DNA of 59,051 nucleotides, filler included. It is 2 parts of 2 records of this genome, joined end to end, with 100 filler letters (N's around TTAATTAATTAA, not from the genome) between each part and the next. Parts side by side here need not be neighbours in the genome. Positions count along the whole stretch, not along the records: positions 1 to 31,321 come from SRR20825006_2532; 1 more part is not named here. The stretch is one strand, 5' to 3'. The translations under genes and the position numbers were made by a program. A model generated the notes under the pieces. It was given only the letters and a program-made list of their open reading frames with translations, had not been told where the DNA came from and ran no database searches. Shown piece by piece: positions 1 to 9,517 of this stretch. How positions within the stretch are numbered: position 1 is the first letter of the stretch; each line of letters starts with the position of its first letter.

Positions 1-50
1 TATCTTCAGGATGACGGTGAGCGTTGTTTATTTTATTAAACCTGCCCACC

Positions 51-848
51 CTACACCACTTTACTGTTTTTAAGAATCTTATTGAGCAATCTTGGAGAGA
101 TTCTTTTTAGGATGAGGGCGAAGCGCTCTTTTAAACCAGAAATAATAATCTCCTCTTTTCGGGCATAGATTCTATTCCAAACTCGCTGTACCATTTCATC
201 GGCATCCATAGCAGATTTGTGTAAGTCTCCCATTTTTCCAAAAGAAGTTCCATCTCCAGTGAGTGCATTTTTGGTGATATTGGTTTTTATGGGACCTGGA
301 CAAAGTAGCGTAACGGCAATATTATGTTCGTACATTTCTTGGCGGAGCGAATCGAAAAACCCTTGTACTGCGTGTTTACTTGCCGCATAACCCGTTCTGT
401 ATTTCGTTCCCATTTTGCCAGCAACACTGCTCGTTACAATGATGTGGCCGCTTTTCTGAGCAATCATATGTGGCAAAAGTGCCCGCGTTAAACCAGCCGA
501 GCCAAAGAAATTCACTTCCATTAAAGAGCGGATGGTCTCCAATTTTGTTTCTTCTAACAATGAGCGCTGGCTTACACCGCCATTATTTACCAGTACATCT
601 ACAGTTCCAAATAATGCAATGGCTTGTTCAACTTTAGCAGGAAAAGAATCGGAGTCAGTTAAATCTAGAGGCAGGATTTTGATACGCGGAGAATCAACTT
701 CAATCTTGTCTTTTACCTCCTGTAATGCCTCCGCTCTTCTTGAAGATAAAATGAGGTTTGCACCATCTTTAAAGTATGCTTTTGCAAGTGCCTCCCCAAT
801 CCCTGAAGACGCCCCTGTTATCCAAATTACTTTCTCTTTATACTGCAT
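51..848 (-). CDS. Short-chain dehydrogenase/reductase (DHRS7-like SDR)
   Basis: TGASSGIG Rossmann motif, NNGG, catalytic YAASK. Confidence 0.92.
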   Translation of the reverse strand: MQYKEKVIWITGASSGIGEALAKAYFKDGANLILSSRRAEALQEVKDKIEVDSPRIKILPLDLTDSDSFPAKVEQAIALFGTVDVLVNNGGVSQRSLLEETKLETIRSLMEVNFFGSAGLTRALLPHMIAQKSGHIIVTSSVAGKMGTKYRTGYAASKHAVQGFFDSLRQEMYEHNIAVTLLCPGPIKTNITKNALTGDGTSFGKMGDLHKSAMDADEMVQRVWNRIYARKEEIIISGLKERFALILKRISPRLLNKILKNSKVV

Positions 849-951
849 TTTATTAATTACTTTAAATTTGTAGAAATAATCGCTGTTCTATTACACTTCC
901 AAGTTCATTCTTCTTACTTTCCGCTACAATCTAAATCAAATTTACAACGCT

Positions 952-1650
952 TTGACCACCAATAACACTATACTTTTAGTTGAAGACGAAATAGAATCTG
1001 GCGAAATGCTTTCGAATTTCCTAGAGTTGAACGATTTTGAGGTTTTTTGGGCAAAAGACGGCAAAGAGGCGATGCAGTTGATTGAAGAGCATGCCAATGT
1101 TATAGACCTTGCCATCTTAGATATTATGGTACCTTATTTTGATGGAAGAGAGATTTGCAAACATATTAGAGAGCACCCCGTAATAAATGAAATTCCTGTA
1201 TTATTTTTAACTGCTCGCGATGAAGAAGTGGACGAGATTGAAGGCCTTAGTTTAGGTGCTGATGACTACATAAAAAAACCTGCTAGCCTAAACTTGATTA
1301 AGGCTCATGTTCAAACCAAGTTGCGCAGAGTAAGTCCGGAAAAAACGCATTGGTTGCAATACGACCATGTTTATCTAGATATCGACTCAAAACAGATGTT
1401 CATCAACGAAGAGTTGATTGACCTAACACATACCGAGTACATCATTGCAGAACTATTCTTTCAACATCCAAAAATTGTTTATTCTCGCCAAGATATTTTA
1501 GTTCACATTACAGACGAAGAAAAGTACATCTTTGATAGAACAGTGGATGTGCACATTAAAAACCTTCGCCTTAAAATGAAAGACGAAGGGAAACTTATCA
1601 AAACATATCGTGGCGTGGGTTACGGTTTTAATAGACTATATCTCCGCTAA
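952..1650 (+). CDS. OmpR/PhoB-family response regulator
   Basis: Receiver (LLVED, LDIMVP, FLTA, ADDYIKKP) plus winged-helix end (RTVDVHIKNLR, YRGVGY); TTG start. Confidence 0.92.
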   Translation: MTTNNTILLVEDEIESGEMLSNFLELNDFEVFWAKDGKEAMQLIEEHANVIDLAILDIMVPYFDGREICKHIREHPVINEIPVLFLTARDEEVDEIEGLSLGADDYIKKPASLNLIKAHVQTKLRRVSPEKTHWLQYDHVYLDIDSKQMFINEELIDLTHTEYIIAELFFQHPKIVYSRQDILVHITDEEKYIFDRTVDVHIKNLRLKMKDEGKLIKTYRGVGYGFNRLYLR

Positions 1651-3047
1651 TGAAAATTCATGCAAAACTAGCCTGGACTTATAACATACTCCTTATCATC
1701 GGTGTAATTACGATTAGTTCGTACGCAATTTTAAGTATCCGCGCATTTTTGCTGAAAGAGGGTATCGCACAATTCGAAAATGATTCTTATGCTCTAAAAC
1801 TTGCCGTTTCAAATTTTAAAGGCGATGGTTCTTTTATAGACAATATAGAAGCTGAAGCTAATTATTCAGGCTACGAATTAGCCGTATATGATCAAGATGG
1901 ACTCCGAATTGCAGCTTTCCCCGACACCTTAGTTTTTGATACTGAACCTTTTTTAAACATTCAGACTCGCCAGAAAATTAAACTTTCGGCACAAGCTCCG
2001 CTACTTGTAAATGATGAAGGGTCTGCCAAACTGATTGCTTATATAAACCTACCCGCCTTAGAAAATCCAGCCCGTTTTCTTCGAATTAGCCAGTACAAAG
2101 AAACGTATTACGCGTCTATAGCAAGTATTAGACATATCATTTATGCAGGAATGCTTTTCTCAATAGGAGCTGTTTTAATTGTAAGCTTTATCTTTGCGAG
2201 ATATATGTCGAAGCCTATTTTACAGCTTAATGAAGCTGCACTTGATATTGCAGATGGAAATTTAGACCGCGAGATAAATGTAAATCGAAAAGATGAATTT
2301 GGCACGCTGGCTGACTCCTTAAATAAGATGGCGGGAAACCTAAAAGCTGATAATGAGAAGCTTAAAATTTTAAATGAAAAACAGAATCAGTTTTTTGCTG
2401 ATATTACCCACGAAGTTCGCAATCCATTGCATGCCATTTCTGGTGCATTGGAAATGATAGAGTTGCCAAATCTAGCCCCTGAGAAAAAAAGCCAATATAT
2501 GGTTGTTGCTCAAAAGCAGATTCAACGAGTTGTACGCCTATTTGAGGATATTAAAAGCTTACAGCGTTACGATTTTGACGAAAGTTTTATCAATAAAAAA
2601 GCATTTAATGTTTCTGATGTGATTGAAGAGGCAATTGGTGTTAACGAGCCTTTCGCACAAGAAAAAGATATAAATCTTGGCCTCGAAAATACCGGTACAT
2701 GTAAAGTACTTGCCGATCCAGACAAGATGGAGCAGGTGTTGGATAATTTAATTTCAAACGCAATTAAATACACCAACAAAGGCAGCATCAGAGTTTCTTG
2801 TGTGGAAGAAGAACATGAAGTTTTAGTTTCTGTTTCTGATACTGGAATTGGGATAAGTGATGAGCATCTGGGGCGTTTATTCGATCGTTTCTACCGCACA
2901 GATAAAGCCCGATCACGTGACAAAGGAGGAACTGGCTTGGGGTTAGCTGTTGTAAAGAGTATACTTAACGCACACAATTCCGAAATACATGTAACCAGCA
3001 CCCCTGGTGTAGGTAGCAATTTCTATTTTAGACTCGAAAAAGCTTAG
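1650..3047 (+). CDS. Sensor histidine kinase (2 TM, HAMP, HisKA, HATPase)
   Basis: H-box DITHEVRNPL, N-box NLISNAIKY, DTGIG, GGTGLGL; TAATG overlap with the regulator. Confidence 0.93.
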   Translation: MKIHAKLAWTYNILLIIGVITISSYAILSIRAFLLKEGIAQFENDSYALKLAVSNFKGDGSFIDNIEAEANYSGYELAVYDQDGLRIAAFPDTLVFDTEPFLNIQTRQKIKLSAQAPLLVNDEGSAKLIAYINLPALENPARFLRISQYKETYYASIASIRHIIYAGMLFSIGAVLIVSFIFARYMSKPILQLNEAALDIADGNLDREINVNRKDEFGTLADSLNKMAGNLKADNEKLKILNEKQNQFFADITHEVRNPLHAISGALEMIELPNLAPEKKSQYMVVAQKQIQRVVRLFEDIKSLQRYDFDESFINKKAFNVSDVIEEAIGVNEPFAQEKDINLGLENTGTCKVLADPDKMEQVLDNLISNAIKYTNKGSIRVSCVEEEHEVLVSVSDTGIGISDEHLGRLFDRFYRTDKARSRDKGGTGLGLAVVKSILNAHNSEIHVTSTPGVGSNFYFRLEKA

Positions 3048-3661
3048 TTGTTTAAGTATTTATAAGCAAGAGCTGCTAATGCCGCACCAGAAAAGGGAGC
3101 AATGGTGTATAGCGGTATCGAGTAGTAGGAACCCCCACTAAACATATAGTCGAACAATGCAGATCCGATTGAAAGAGCCGGGTTAAAAACTGCACCTGAA
3201 ATTGGAAGGCCTAAAAATGTAATTCCTGTTAGGGTAAGCCCAATAATAAAACCATACATTTTATTTCCAGACAATGCTTTTGAACTAGATACTGTAATAG
3301 CTACTAAAACTAAGACCAAGGTAAATAAAACCTCAGATATTGCTTGTTGATATAGACTTGTGTTGCCAGGAGCCTCAACAAAAAACACAACAGTTGATAT
3401 ATAGAGTAACACGATGCTTGCCAAAAATGCACCTACAATCTGGCTCAACATATAAGACAGCGCTTTCTTGAGTTTTATCTTTTTTAGAATAAAGAAAGCA
3501 AAAGTAATTCCTGGATTGTAGTGGGCACCAGATATATGCGCACCAATGTAAATCATTGCGGCATACATTAACCCAATAGATAAAGGTTCTCCAGATATTC
3601 CAAAAGCCAAGACAACAAAAAAAGTGCCTATGCCTTCCATTACATTCTCGCGCATACCCAT
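3044..3661 (-). CDS. Aquaporin/MIP-family channel
   Basis: ISGAHYNPG and SGAVFNPA boxes; six hydrophobic segments. Confidence 0.88.
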   Translation of the reverse strand: MGMRENVMEGIGTFFVVLAFGISGEPLSIGLMYAAMIYIGAHISGAHYNPGITFAFFILKKIKLKKALSYMLSQIVGAFLASIVLLYISTVVFFVEAPGNTSLYQQAISEVLFTLVLVLVAITVSSSKALSGNKMYGFIIGLTLTGITFLGLPISGAVFNPALSIGSALFDYMFSGGSYYSIPLYTIAPFSGAALAALAYKYLNN

Positions 3662-3822
3662 ATTTTAATAATACATGTCCTTCTATATTGAAGCTAGTAA
3701 GCTAATTGACGGCTTCTGTAATTGCAAACTAATCTAGTCTTTTATTCCACTCTTTTTGTAAAAAGAAAAGAACAATATCTATTCTGAGAAGCAAAGATTC
3801 TAATATTCCCTTATTTTAAAGG

Positions 3823-4134
3823 ATGGAAATTATTCAGAAGCTGAAAGAAAGATGGGGTATTGAAAGTACCCTACAAGTATTTATAATTTTAATCGTTTTT
3901 TCTTGTACTGGCTTTACTGCTTTGTATGCTAGAAAACTCGTTTTTCATCTCTTAGGGGTTCCTCCTGAAATGCCTTTTTGGCAACGAGCTCTTATTTGGA
4001 TAGTTACTATTCTCCCGCTCTACAATGTTATGCTCTATATTTACGGAACTATATTTGGCCAAAGGGTATTTTTTACAAACTTCCTTAAAAAAACAATGGG
4101 CCGTCTAATTCCCAAAAGATTTCATAAAGACTAA
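3823..4134 (+). CDS. Small membrane protein (DUF6787-like)
   Basis: KLKERWGI..Q.FIILIVF..TG and FGQ..FF motifs recalled for this Bacteroidota family. Confidence 0.7.
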   Translation: MEIIQKLKERWGIESTLQVFIILIVFSCTGFTALYARKLVFHLLGVPPEMPFWQRALIWIVTILPLYNVMLYIYGTIFGQRVFFTNFLKKTMGRLIPKRFHKD

Positions 4135-4484
4135 CTATTTTTAAGTTGCGCTTTATCTTTGGCAGGAAGTTTTTCGACTACCAGATCGTACGAGTGTTTA
4201 ATAAGCTCTAAAATCAAACCGTCCACAAGGCTTCCAATTACCGCCACAGTATTCCAGTGCTTTTTATTCATGTGGTAGCCTGGTATAATCTCTTCGTATT
4301 CTTCGCGTAGCTCTATTGCTCTAATTGGATCACACTTCAGATTAATGCTCTCAAATTTATCTACATCAGTTAGGGCAAACATCTTTCCGAGCACCTTAAA
4401 AACAAGAGCAGTTTCGTTAAAAGGGAAATCTTCTGCGACACCCGGTAATGCCAAACAATAATCACGATAGCTTTCTATATCCAT
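4131..4484 (-). CDS. MmcQ/YjbR-family DNA-binding protein
   Basis: FPF...LVFKV.GKMFAL, NLKCDP, PGYHMNKKHWNTV. Confidence 0.9.
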   Translation of the reverse strand: MDIESYRDYCLALPGVAEDFPFNETALVFKVLGKMFALTDVDKFESINLKCDPIRAIELREEYEEIIPGYHMNKKHWNTVAVIGSLVDGLILELIKHSYDLVVEKLPAKDKAQLKNS

Positions 4485-4528
4485 AAGAACAGGTTAGTGA
4501 GTTGATGCCATAAAGTATGATATTTCAT

Positions 4529-5329
4529 CTAATCGCGCATATAGCTTGTTGAAATAATAAGAGGGCATTGAATTTTTGGATGAGGAATAACACTCACTGG
4601 GTAATCGAATGCATGAGTTATGATGTCTTCTTTGAATACTTCTAATGGAGTTCCGTGTATTACTGTTTTCCCTTCTTTTAAAATATGCACATAATCTGCG
4701 TATTGGGCAGCAAGGTTCAAATCATGAATGACAATCATAACCGCTATGTTCTTCTTACAAAGCTGTTGTAGAATGTGCATCATCTCGTGTTGATGAGCAA
4801 CATCCAAACTCGCCAACGGCTCATCTAATAACAAATACGCTGGTTTATCACTTTCTATTCTATCCCAGATTTGAGCTAAAGCTCTGGCAAAATGAACTCG
4901 CTGTTTCTCCCCACCTGACAAAGTAGTATAAGCTTGATTTATCAGACTCAAACCATCAACCATTTCTAAGCATTTCAATATTATTGCTTCATCTTTTGTT
5001 GACGTGATAAAACTAGATGATAAAGACCGACCTAAATTCACAACTTCCCTCGCCGTAAAAGAAAATTCCAATGAGCTTTTTTGGCTCACAACGGCTCTTT
5101 TTGTGGCAAGATGTTTTAAATCAATTTCACTGATTTCTTCACCTTCAAATCGCACTATTCCTTTTTGGTAAGCTATATCTCCACAAATACATTTTAATAC
5201 GGAGGATTTCCCAGCGCCATTTTTTCCGATAATAGCAGTCAACTTCCCTAGTTCAAGATTGAAACTCACTTCATCTAGAATCTTTTTTCCGTTCGTTAAA
5301 CTGACCGATATATTTTCAACAGCGATCAT
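4529..5329 (-). CDS. hmuV: Haem ABC transporter ATP-binding subunit
   Basis: Walker A GKNGAGKS, LSGGEKQRVHFARALAQ, LLLDEP, HDLNLAAQYAD; operon context. Confidence 0.9.
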   Translation of the reverse strand: MIAVENISVSLTNGKKILDEVSFNLELGKLTAIIGKNGAGKSSVLKCICGDIAYQKGIVRFEGEEISEIDLKHLATKRAVVSQKSSLEFSFTAREVVNLGRSLSSSFITSTKDEAIILKCLEMVDGLSLINQAYTTLSGGEKQRVHFARALAQIWDRIESDKPAYLLLDEPLASLDVAHQHEMMHILQQLCKKNIAVMIVIHDLNLAAQYADYVHILKEGKTVIHGTPLEVFKEDIITHAFDYPVSVIPHPKIQCPLIISTSYMRD

Positions 5330-6387
5330 AGATAGTTTGAAAGTGATTTATTCCTGATTAATAGCCACAAGAAAAAAGGTGCGCCAATGGTGGAGGTAAC
5401 AATGCCAATGGGTAGTTCAGCGGGAATAACTACCATCCTCGCAAAAAGATCGGAAGCTAATAACAACAAAGCTCCTAGAAGAATTGAGTTCGGGATAAGA
5501 AATCGATGGTCTGGCCCGATAATTAATCGGAGTAAATGAGGTACAACTAAGCCCACAAATCCGATAATTCCACTTACGGCTACGGCAGCTCCAATACCAA
5601 GTGCTGAAAGAAATATGATAACTTTCTTCACCCGTTCAGTATTAATACCGAGGTATTTCGCTTCGTTTTCTCCCAACAGCATTACGTTCATCTGTTTAGA
5701 AAAGAAAGGCAATCCAATACAGCTAATAATTAAGAAGGGAGCCGATTTATAAACGACTTCCCAAGTCGCTCCACTTATGCTTCCGAGAGTCCAAAAGGTT
5801 AAGTCTCTAATCTGATTATCATCAGCATTAAATATTAGATAGCCAATTCCTGCAGCTGCAAGTGCGTTTATTGCAATTCCTGCCAGTAGCATAGTTGTAA
5901 CGCTGGTTTTCCCAGAGCTACTCGAAATTAAGTAGACAAGGTATGTAGCTCCTAATCCGCCCGCAAAAGCCGCCAGAGGAAGAAGCACACCTGTGTTCAT
6001 CCCAAGAATAATAACGGCTGCCGCAGCCAACGCAGCGCCACTAGAAACGCCAATCAAAGTTGGGTCGGCTAGAGGATTTCTGAAAAGACCTTGCAACGCT
6101 GCACCTGATACTGCTAATGTTGCACCAATTAGAATCGCGATGATAACCCTAGGAAGTCTAATACTAAGCACTATTGCTTGATATTGTGCAAGTTCTCCAT
6201 CTTCAAAAGAGATAAATCCTAGCTTATTTGCTAAGATTCGTATTACCTCAGAGCTACTAATCGAAACTGGACCAATCCCAACAGCCATTATAGAAAACGC
6301 TATCAAACCGATTAGTAGAACTAAGAAGGTGAGATATGGTTTTCTATATGCTTTATGCTGACGGAATTTTTGCTTTACCAAACTCAA
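5326..6387 (-). CDS. hmuU: Haem ABC transporter permease (FecCD family)
   Basis: IRLPR, QGLFRNPLADP, GENEAKYLG, GFVGLVVPH, ELPIG. Confidence 0.9.
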   Translation of the reverse strand: MSLVKQKFRQHKAYRKPYLTFLVLLIGLIAFSIMAVGIGPVSISSSEVIRILANKLGFISFEDGELAQYQAIVLSIRLPRVIIAILIGATLAVSGAALQGLFRNPLADPTLIGVSSGAALAAAAVIILGMNTGVLLPLAAFAGGLGATYLVYLISSSSGKTSVTTMLLAGIAINALAAAGIGYLIFNADDNQIRDLTFWTLGSISGATWEVVYKSAPFLIISCIGLPFFSKQMNVMLLGENEAKYLGINTERVKKVIIFLSALGIGAAVAVSGIIGFVGLVVPHLLRLIIGPDHRFLIPNSILLGALLLLASDLFARMVVIPAELPIGIVTSTIGAPFFLWLLIRNKSLSNYL

Positions 6388-6398
6388 TTAGCTCGTAT

Positions 6399-7286
6399 TT
6401 ATAAAGTAACTGTAGGGTGAATTTTCTGAATGAGCTCGATAATAGCAGCACCAAAACGCGGACCAAAGCCTAACAAGTAATTTCCGTCCATCCCGATTAC
6501 GTTATTATTAACAACAGCTTTGGTGAGATTAACAGCTGGTGTTTTCTCAATTCCGGCACGGATTTCATCCAAACGAGAATGCATCACTAAAATGTAATCA
6601 GGGTTTGCTGCTACAATTGCTTCGTTCGATATGGTTTTGTAGCCATCAAAATCGGTTACCGCATTCTGGCCACCGGCTAATTCAATCATTACGCTAGCGC
6701 TTGAATTTGCACCGGCAACCATAAAAGTACTTTCGCCACGTACTGAAAGAACAAATAAAATTTTTGGGGCTGAGTTTAGCGTTTTTCGTAAGCTATCAGC
6801 TAGATGATATTCCAGTTCATTTTTTTGGATTATGACCTCGCCTTCTTGCTCTTTACCAATTGCCTTAGCGATGTTTCTTACTTTAGCAATCATTCCCTCT
6901 AACGATTCATTTTCTTCTACTAGAAGGACATCTGTACCAGCACTTCGTATTTGGTCTATTACGGATTTTGGGTTTGCATCATCGCTGGAAATTATTAGGG
7001 ATGATCCTAAAGAGATTAGACCTTCAGAAGTCAAATTCCTTAAATAAGGAACTCTTGGCAACCTAAACACTGCACTAGGAAATGTACTCGACTCATCTGT
7101 GGCAATTACTCGATCGCCAGCTCCTAAAGCGTACACCGTTTCAGTTACGGAGCCACCAAGCGTAATTATTCTTGAAGAATTTTCGATATTTACTATTACT
7201 CCATCAGAACTCTGTATTGAGTTCTGCGCTGATAAACTAGCAGAACTAACCCCAAGGATTAGCAAGCCTAACTTTATATATCTCAT
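6399..7286 (-). CDS. hmuT: Haem ABC transporter substrate-binding protein
   Basis: Signal peptide; GGSVTETVYALG; haem-ligand Tyr motif PYLRNLTSEG; LLGFGPR. Confidence 0.88.
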   Translation of the reverse strand: MRYIKLGLLILGVSSASLSAQNSIQSSDGVIVNIENSSRIITLGGSVTETVYALGAGDRVIATDESSTFPSAVFRLPRVPYLRNLTSEGLISLGSSLIISSDDANPKSVIDQIRSAGTDVLLVEENESLEGMIAKVRNIAKAIGKEQEGEVIIQKNELEYHLADSLRKTLNSAPKILFVLSVRGESTFMVAGANSSASVMIELAGGQNAVTDFDGYKTISNEAIVAANPDYILVMHSRLDEIRAGIEKTPAVNLTKAVVNNNVIGMDGNYLLGFGPRFGAAIIELIQKIHPTVTL

Positions 7287-8326
7287 GCTAATTGCGACTC
7301 TTCTTCAAGTGTTGCAACTAAACTCTTCCAACTTTCTAGTTCAGGAATACCTGGTTTGCGAGCCCCAAAAAAGGTAGCAATGTCTTTGTGATCTTTATCA
7401 AAAATCTCGACTGATGTCACAATTCCATCTTCCGTTGGCTTACGTACAATCCACGTATCAACGATATGGTCTGCTTGTAGATGCAGGTTAAATTCTGGAT
7501 CTAAAACATTTAGCCAGTTATCCATTTTTTTGATATTTGAAACTACTCCTGAATGGATCTGAATAACCGCTTTACTTCCAACAAACACCATAATTGGCAC
7601 TTCTTGTTCGGCAGCACGATTTAGCATTGTTTCGGTAACAGAATTTTCAACTTTTTGAGTAAAAGTGCCTTCAGCAATTGCTAAGGCTTGAGTGCGCTCT
7701 AGTTTGTACTTGCGCAATAATGGGTAAAAGTCGTGCGTGTCTTTAAGTTTTCCCCAATCCGTAAGAAAAGCTTCTTTGTCTACGTCTGGATTAAGGTCGT
7801 ACTCTTTAGGAGCTTCAGCTTCTTTAACTATAAGCTCTGCTTCTTGATCAGCATTCTTAAAAGTTTCAACCAATTCATTGTACTGAGACAAATTCTCTTC
7901 TTTTAGTACATAGATTTTATGTGCTGCAACTCCGAATGTGTCGAAAAATTGAATACTGTGAAGCACTCCCTTAGCACTTTGCACAGGAACGGCAAACGCA
8001 GAGCCAAAACGGCCTGGGAAAATTCTAAGATCGATATTAGGATCGAGTACTAAACCTACATGTGGGTTAAAGCTGATATTATGATACTCACCTTTTCTCT
8101 CGTGAACTACCGATTCGTTTCTTGTAAGCGCCATTACGTAACCAAGAGACTCTATTGCTATAAAGATACCTGGCCAATCTTCGTTCAATCGAGTAACGTC
8201 GTCTTGGGTAGCTAATAATTCTACTTCAGAAACACCTAGTTTATCAGCAGCATTTTTGATTCGCAATTTTGGTTCTTCTTCTTTGAGTTTTGACCAAGCT
8301 TTTTTGAGAGCTTCTTTTGAGTTCAT
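7283..8326 (-). CDS. hemS: Haem degradation/trafficking protein (HemS/HmuS/ChuS family)
   Basis: ALTRNESVVHERKG, IDLRIF, KDTHDF (haem His), IQIHSG, FNLHL, FFGARKPGIPE. Confidence 0.92.
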   Translation of the reverse strand: MNSKEALKKAWSKLKEEEPKLRIKNAADKLGVSEVELLATQDDVTRLNEDWPGIFIAIESLGYVMALTRNESVVHERKGEYHNISFNPHVGLVLDPNIDLRIFPGRFGSAFAVPVQSAKGVLHSIQFFDTFGVAAHKIYVLKEENLSQYNELVETFKNADQEAELIVKEAEAPKEYDLNPDVDKEAFLTDWGKLKDTHDFYPLLRKYKLERTQALAIAEGTFTQKVENSVTETMLNRAAEQEVPIMVFVGSKAVIQIHSGVVSNIKKMDNWLNVLDPEFNLHLQADHIVDTWIVRKPTEDGIVTSVEIFDKDHKDIATFFGARKPGIPELESWKSLVATLEEESQLA

Positions 8327-8347
8327 GAGTTGAGAAATAGTTTATGT

Positions 8348-8370
8348 TAATTTAGACCAATTCTAAATTA
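8348..8370. promoter_or_regulatory. Perfect 9-5-9 palindromic operator, probable iron-responsive (Fur-type) box upstream of hemS
   Basis: TAATTTAGA-CCAAT-TCTAAATTA, ~22 nt upstream of the hemS ATG; matches a second site at 11823-11847. Confidence 0.7.
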
Positions 8371-8383
8371 GAACTTTTCTCAT

Positions 8384-8415
8384 AAAAAAACCCACTTTTT
8401 TACGGTGGGTTTTTA
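8384..8415 (-). terminator. Rho-independent terminator after hmuY
   Basis: Minus strand AAAAACCCAC-CGTAAAAAA-GTGGGTTTTTTT, ~20 nt after the hmuY stop. Confidence 0.75.
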
Positions 8416-8435
8416 TCACATTTTTAAACTCAATT

Positions 8436-9503
8436 TTAATTAAAGAATCGTGATCCGTCAGCTTGGATAGCAAACTCGATAGTATAATATCTATCAGTTG
8501 GACGAATAAAGTTTGCGAAGTCTTCACTTGAAGTATCGGGATTACCTTTGTAATAGCTAATAATTCTAACTTTAGCATATTTTTCATCAGCAGTTTTAAC
8601 AACTATCGTTTTTCCTTCGATTGGCAAGATAGCATGCTTAGGTCCTGAAGCCGCTTCACCAGTGTAATTGTACCATTTCTCTGCTAAAGTAGCTGTATAA
8701 CCACTCACAGGAGCTTCATCTACTAATTCAAATTCGATGTTCAACAACTGAACTCCACCATCATTACCGCTATTAGCAATAATAGTAGTCGCATTGAATC
8801 CTAAGTCCCACTGAGAAGAAAGAGAATCTGCTACCGTTTCACCAGTTTCAAAATCGAAAAAAGTGTAGCTGTCAATATGGAATAACTCAACAGTTTCTTC
8901 TGTTTGAAGCGTGTAGTTGAACGTGAAATATCCGCTAGCAGGTCTGGTGGCTAAGTTAGCAAACTCATCAGTTGAAGTATCTGGATTGCCTTTGTAGTAG
9001 CTTAATATTTCGATTTTCGCGTAATTCCCTTCTGAAGTCTTTACAATAAGTGTAGTATTCTCTTTTGGAAGAATAGCGTGCTTAGGACCTGTTGGAGCTT
9101 CGCCAGTGTAATTGTACCAACTTGTATTTGTATCACTAAAGCCAGTTGTAGGAGCTTCGGTTACTGATGCGTAAGCTTCTTCTATAAGTTGAATTCCACC
9201 CCCGTTTTCACTGTTTGCAACTAATGTTGAGCCATCAAATGCAATATCCCAATCTGCAGAAAGAGAGTCAGAGATTGTATTACCAATATCTAGATTGTAG
9301 AAAGTAAACTTCCCTGCTTCACCTGGATGATCTTGAACATCATCGGCTAAACCGCCAGTTAATGTGTTAACGTTTGCGGGAATATCTTCTGCCAATTGAG
9401 CCGTTGTTGGTGTTGTATCGTCTCCACCACTTGATTTACAAGCACCGAAGCCTAGTATTAAAACAGAAGCTAGTACCAGTAATTTTGTGTATTTGTTGTC
9501 CAT
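8436..9503 (-). CDS. hmuY: HmuY-family haemophore-like lipoprotein with two tandem HmuY domains
   Basis: Lipobox LGFGA-C; two repeats each with WDI/LxF, WYNY, HxILP, IVKT..G/EKYAK..I.SYY; directly downstream of a TonB receptor. Confidence 0.8.
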   Translation of the reverse strand: MDNKYTKLLVLASVLILGFGACKSSGGDDTTPTTAQLAEDIPANVNTLTGGLADDVQDHPGEAGKFTFYNLDIGNTISDSLSADWDIAFDGSTLVANSENGGGIQLIEEAYASVTEAPTTGFSDTNTSWYNYTGEAPTGPKHAILPKENTTLIVKTSEGNYAKIEILSYYKGNPDTSTDEFANLATRPASGYFTFNYTLQTEETVELFHIDSYTFFDFETGETVADSLSSQWDLGFNATTIIANSGNDGGVQLLNIEFELVDEAPVSGYTATLAEKWYNYTGEAASGPKHAILPIEGKTIVVKTADEKYAKVRIISYYKGNPDTSSEDFANFIRPTDRYYTIEFAIQADGSRFFN

Positions 9504-9517
9504 TTGATCTATGTATT

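Noticed and set aside
1-17. TCTTCAGGATGACGG resembles the end of GTCATCCTGAA-type REP repeats
   Set aside because: Only a fragment at the window edge with no partner arm visible.
8363-8602. 79-aa ORF overlapping the hmuY end
   Set aside because: Out-of-frame overlap running through the terminator and operator; no recognisable motif.
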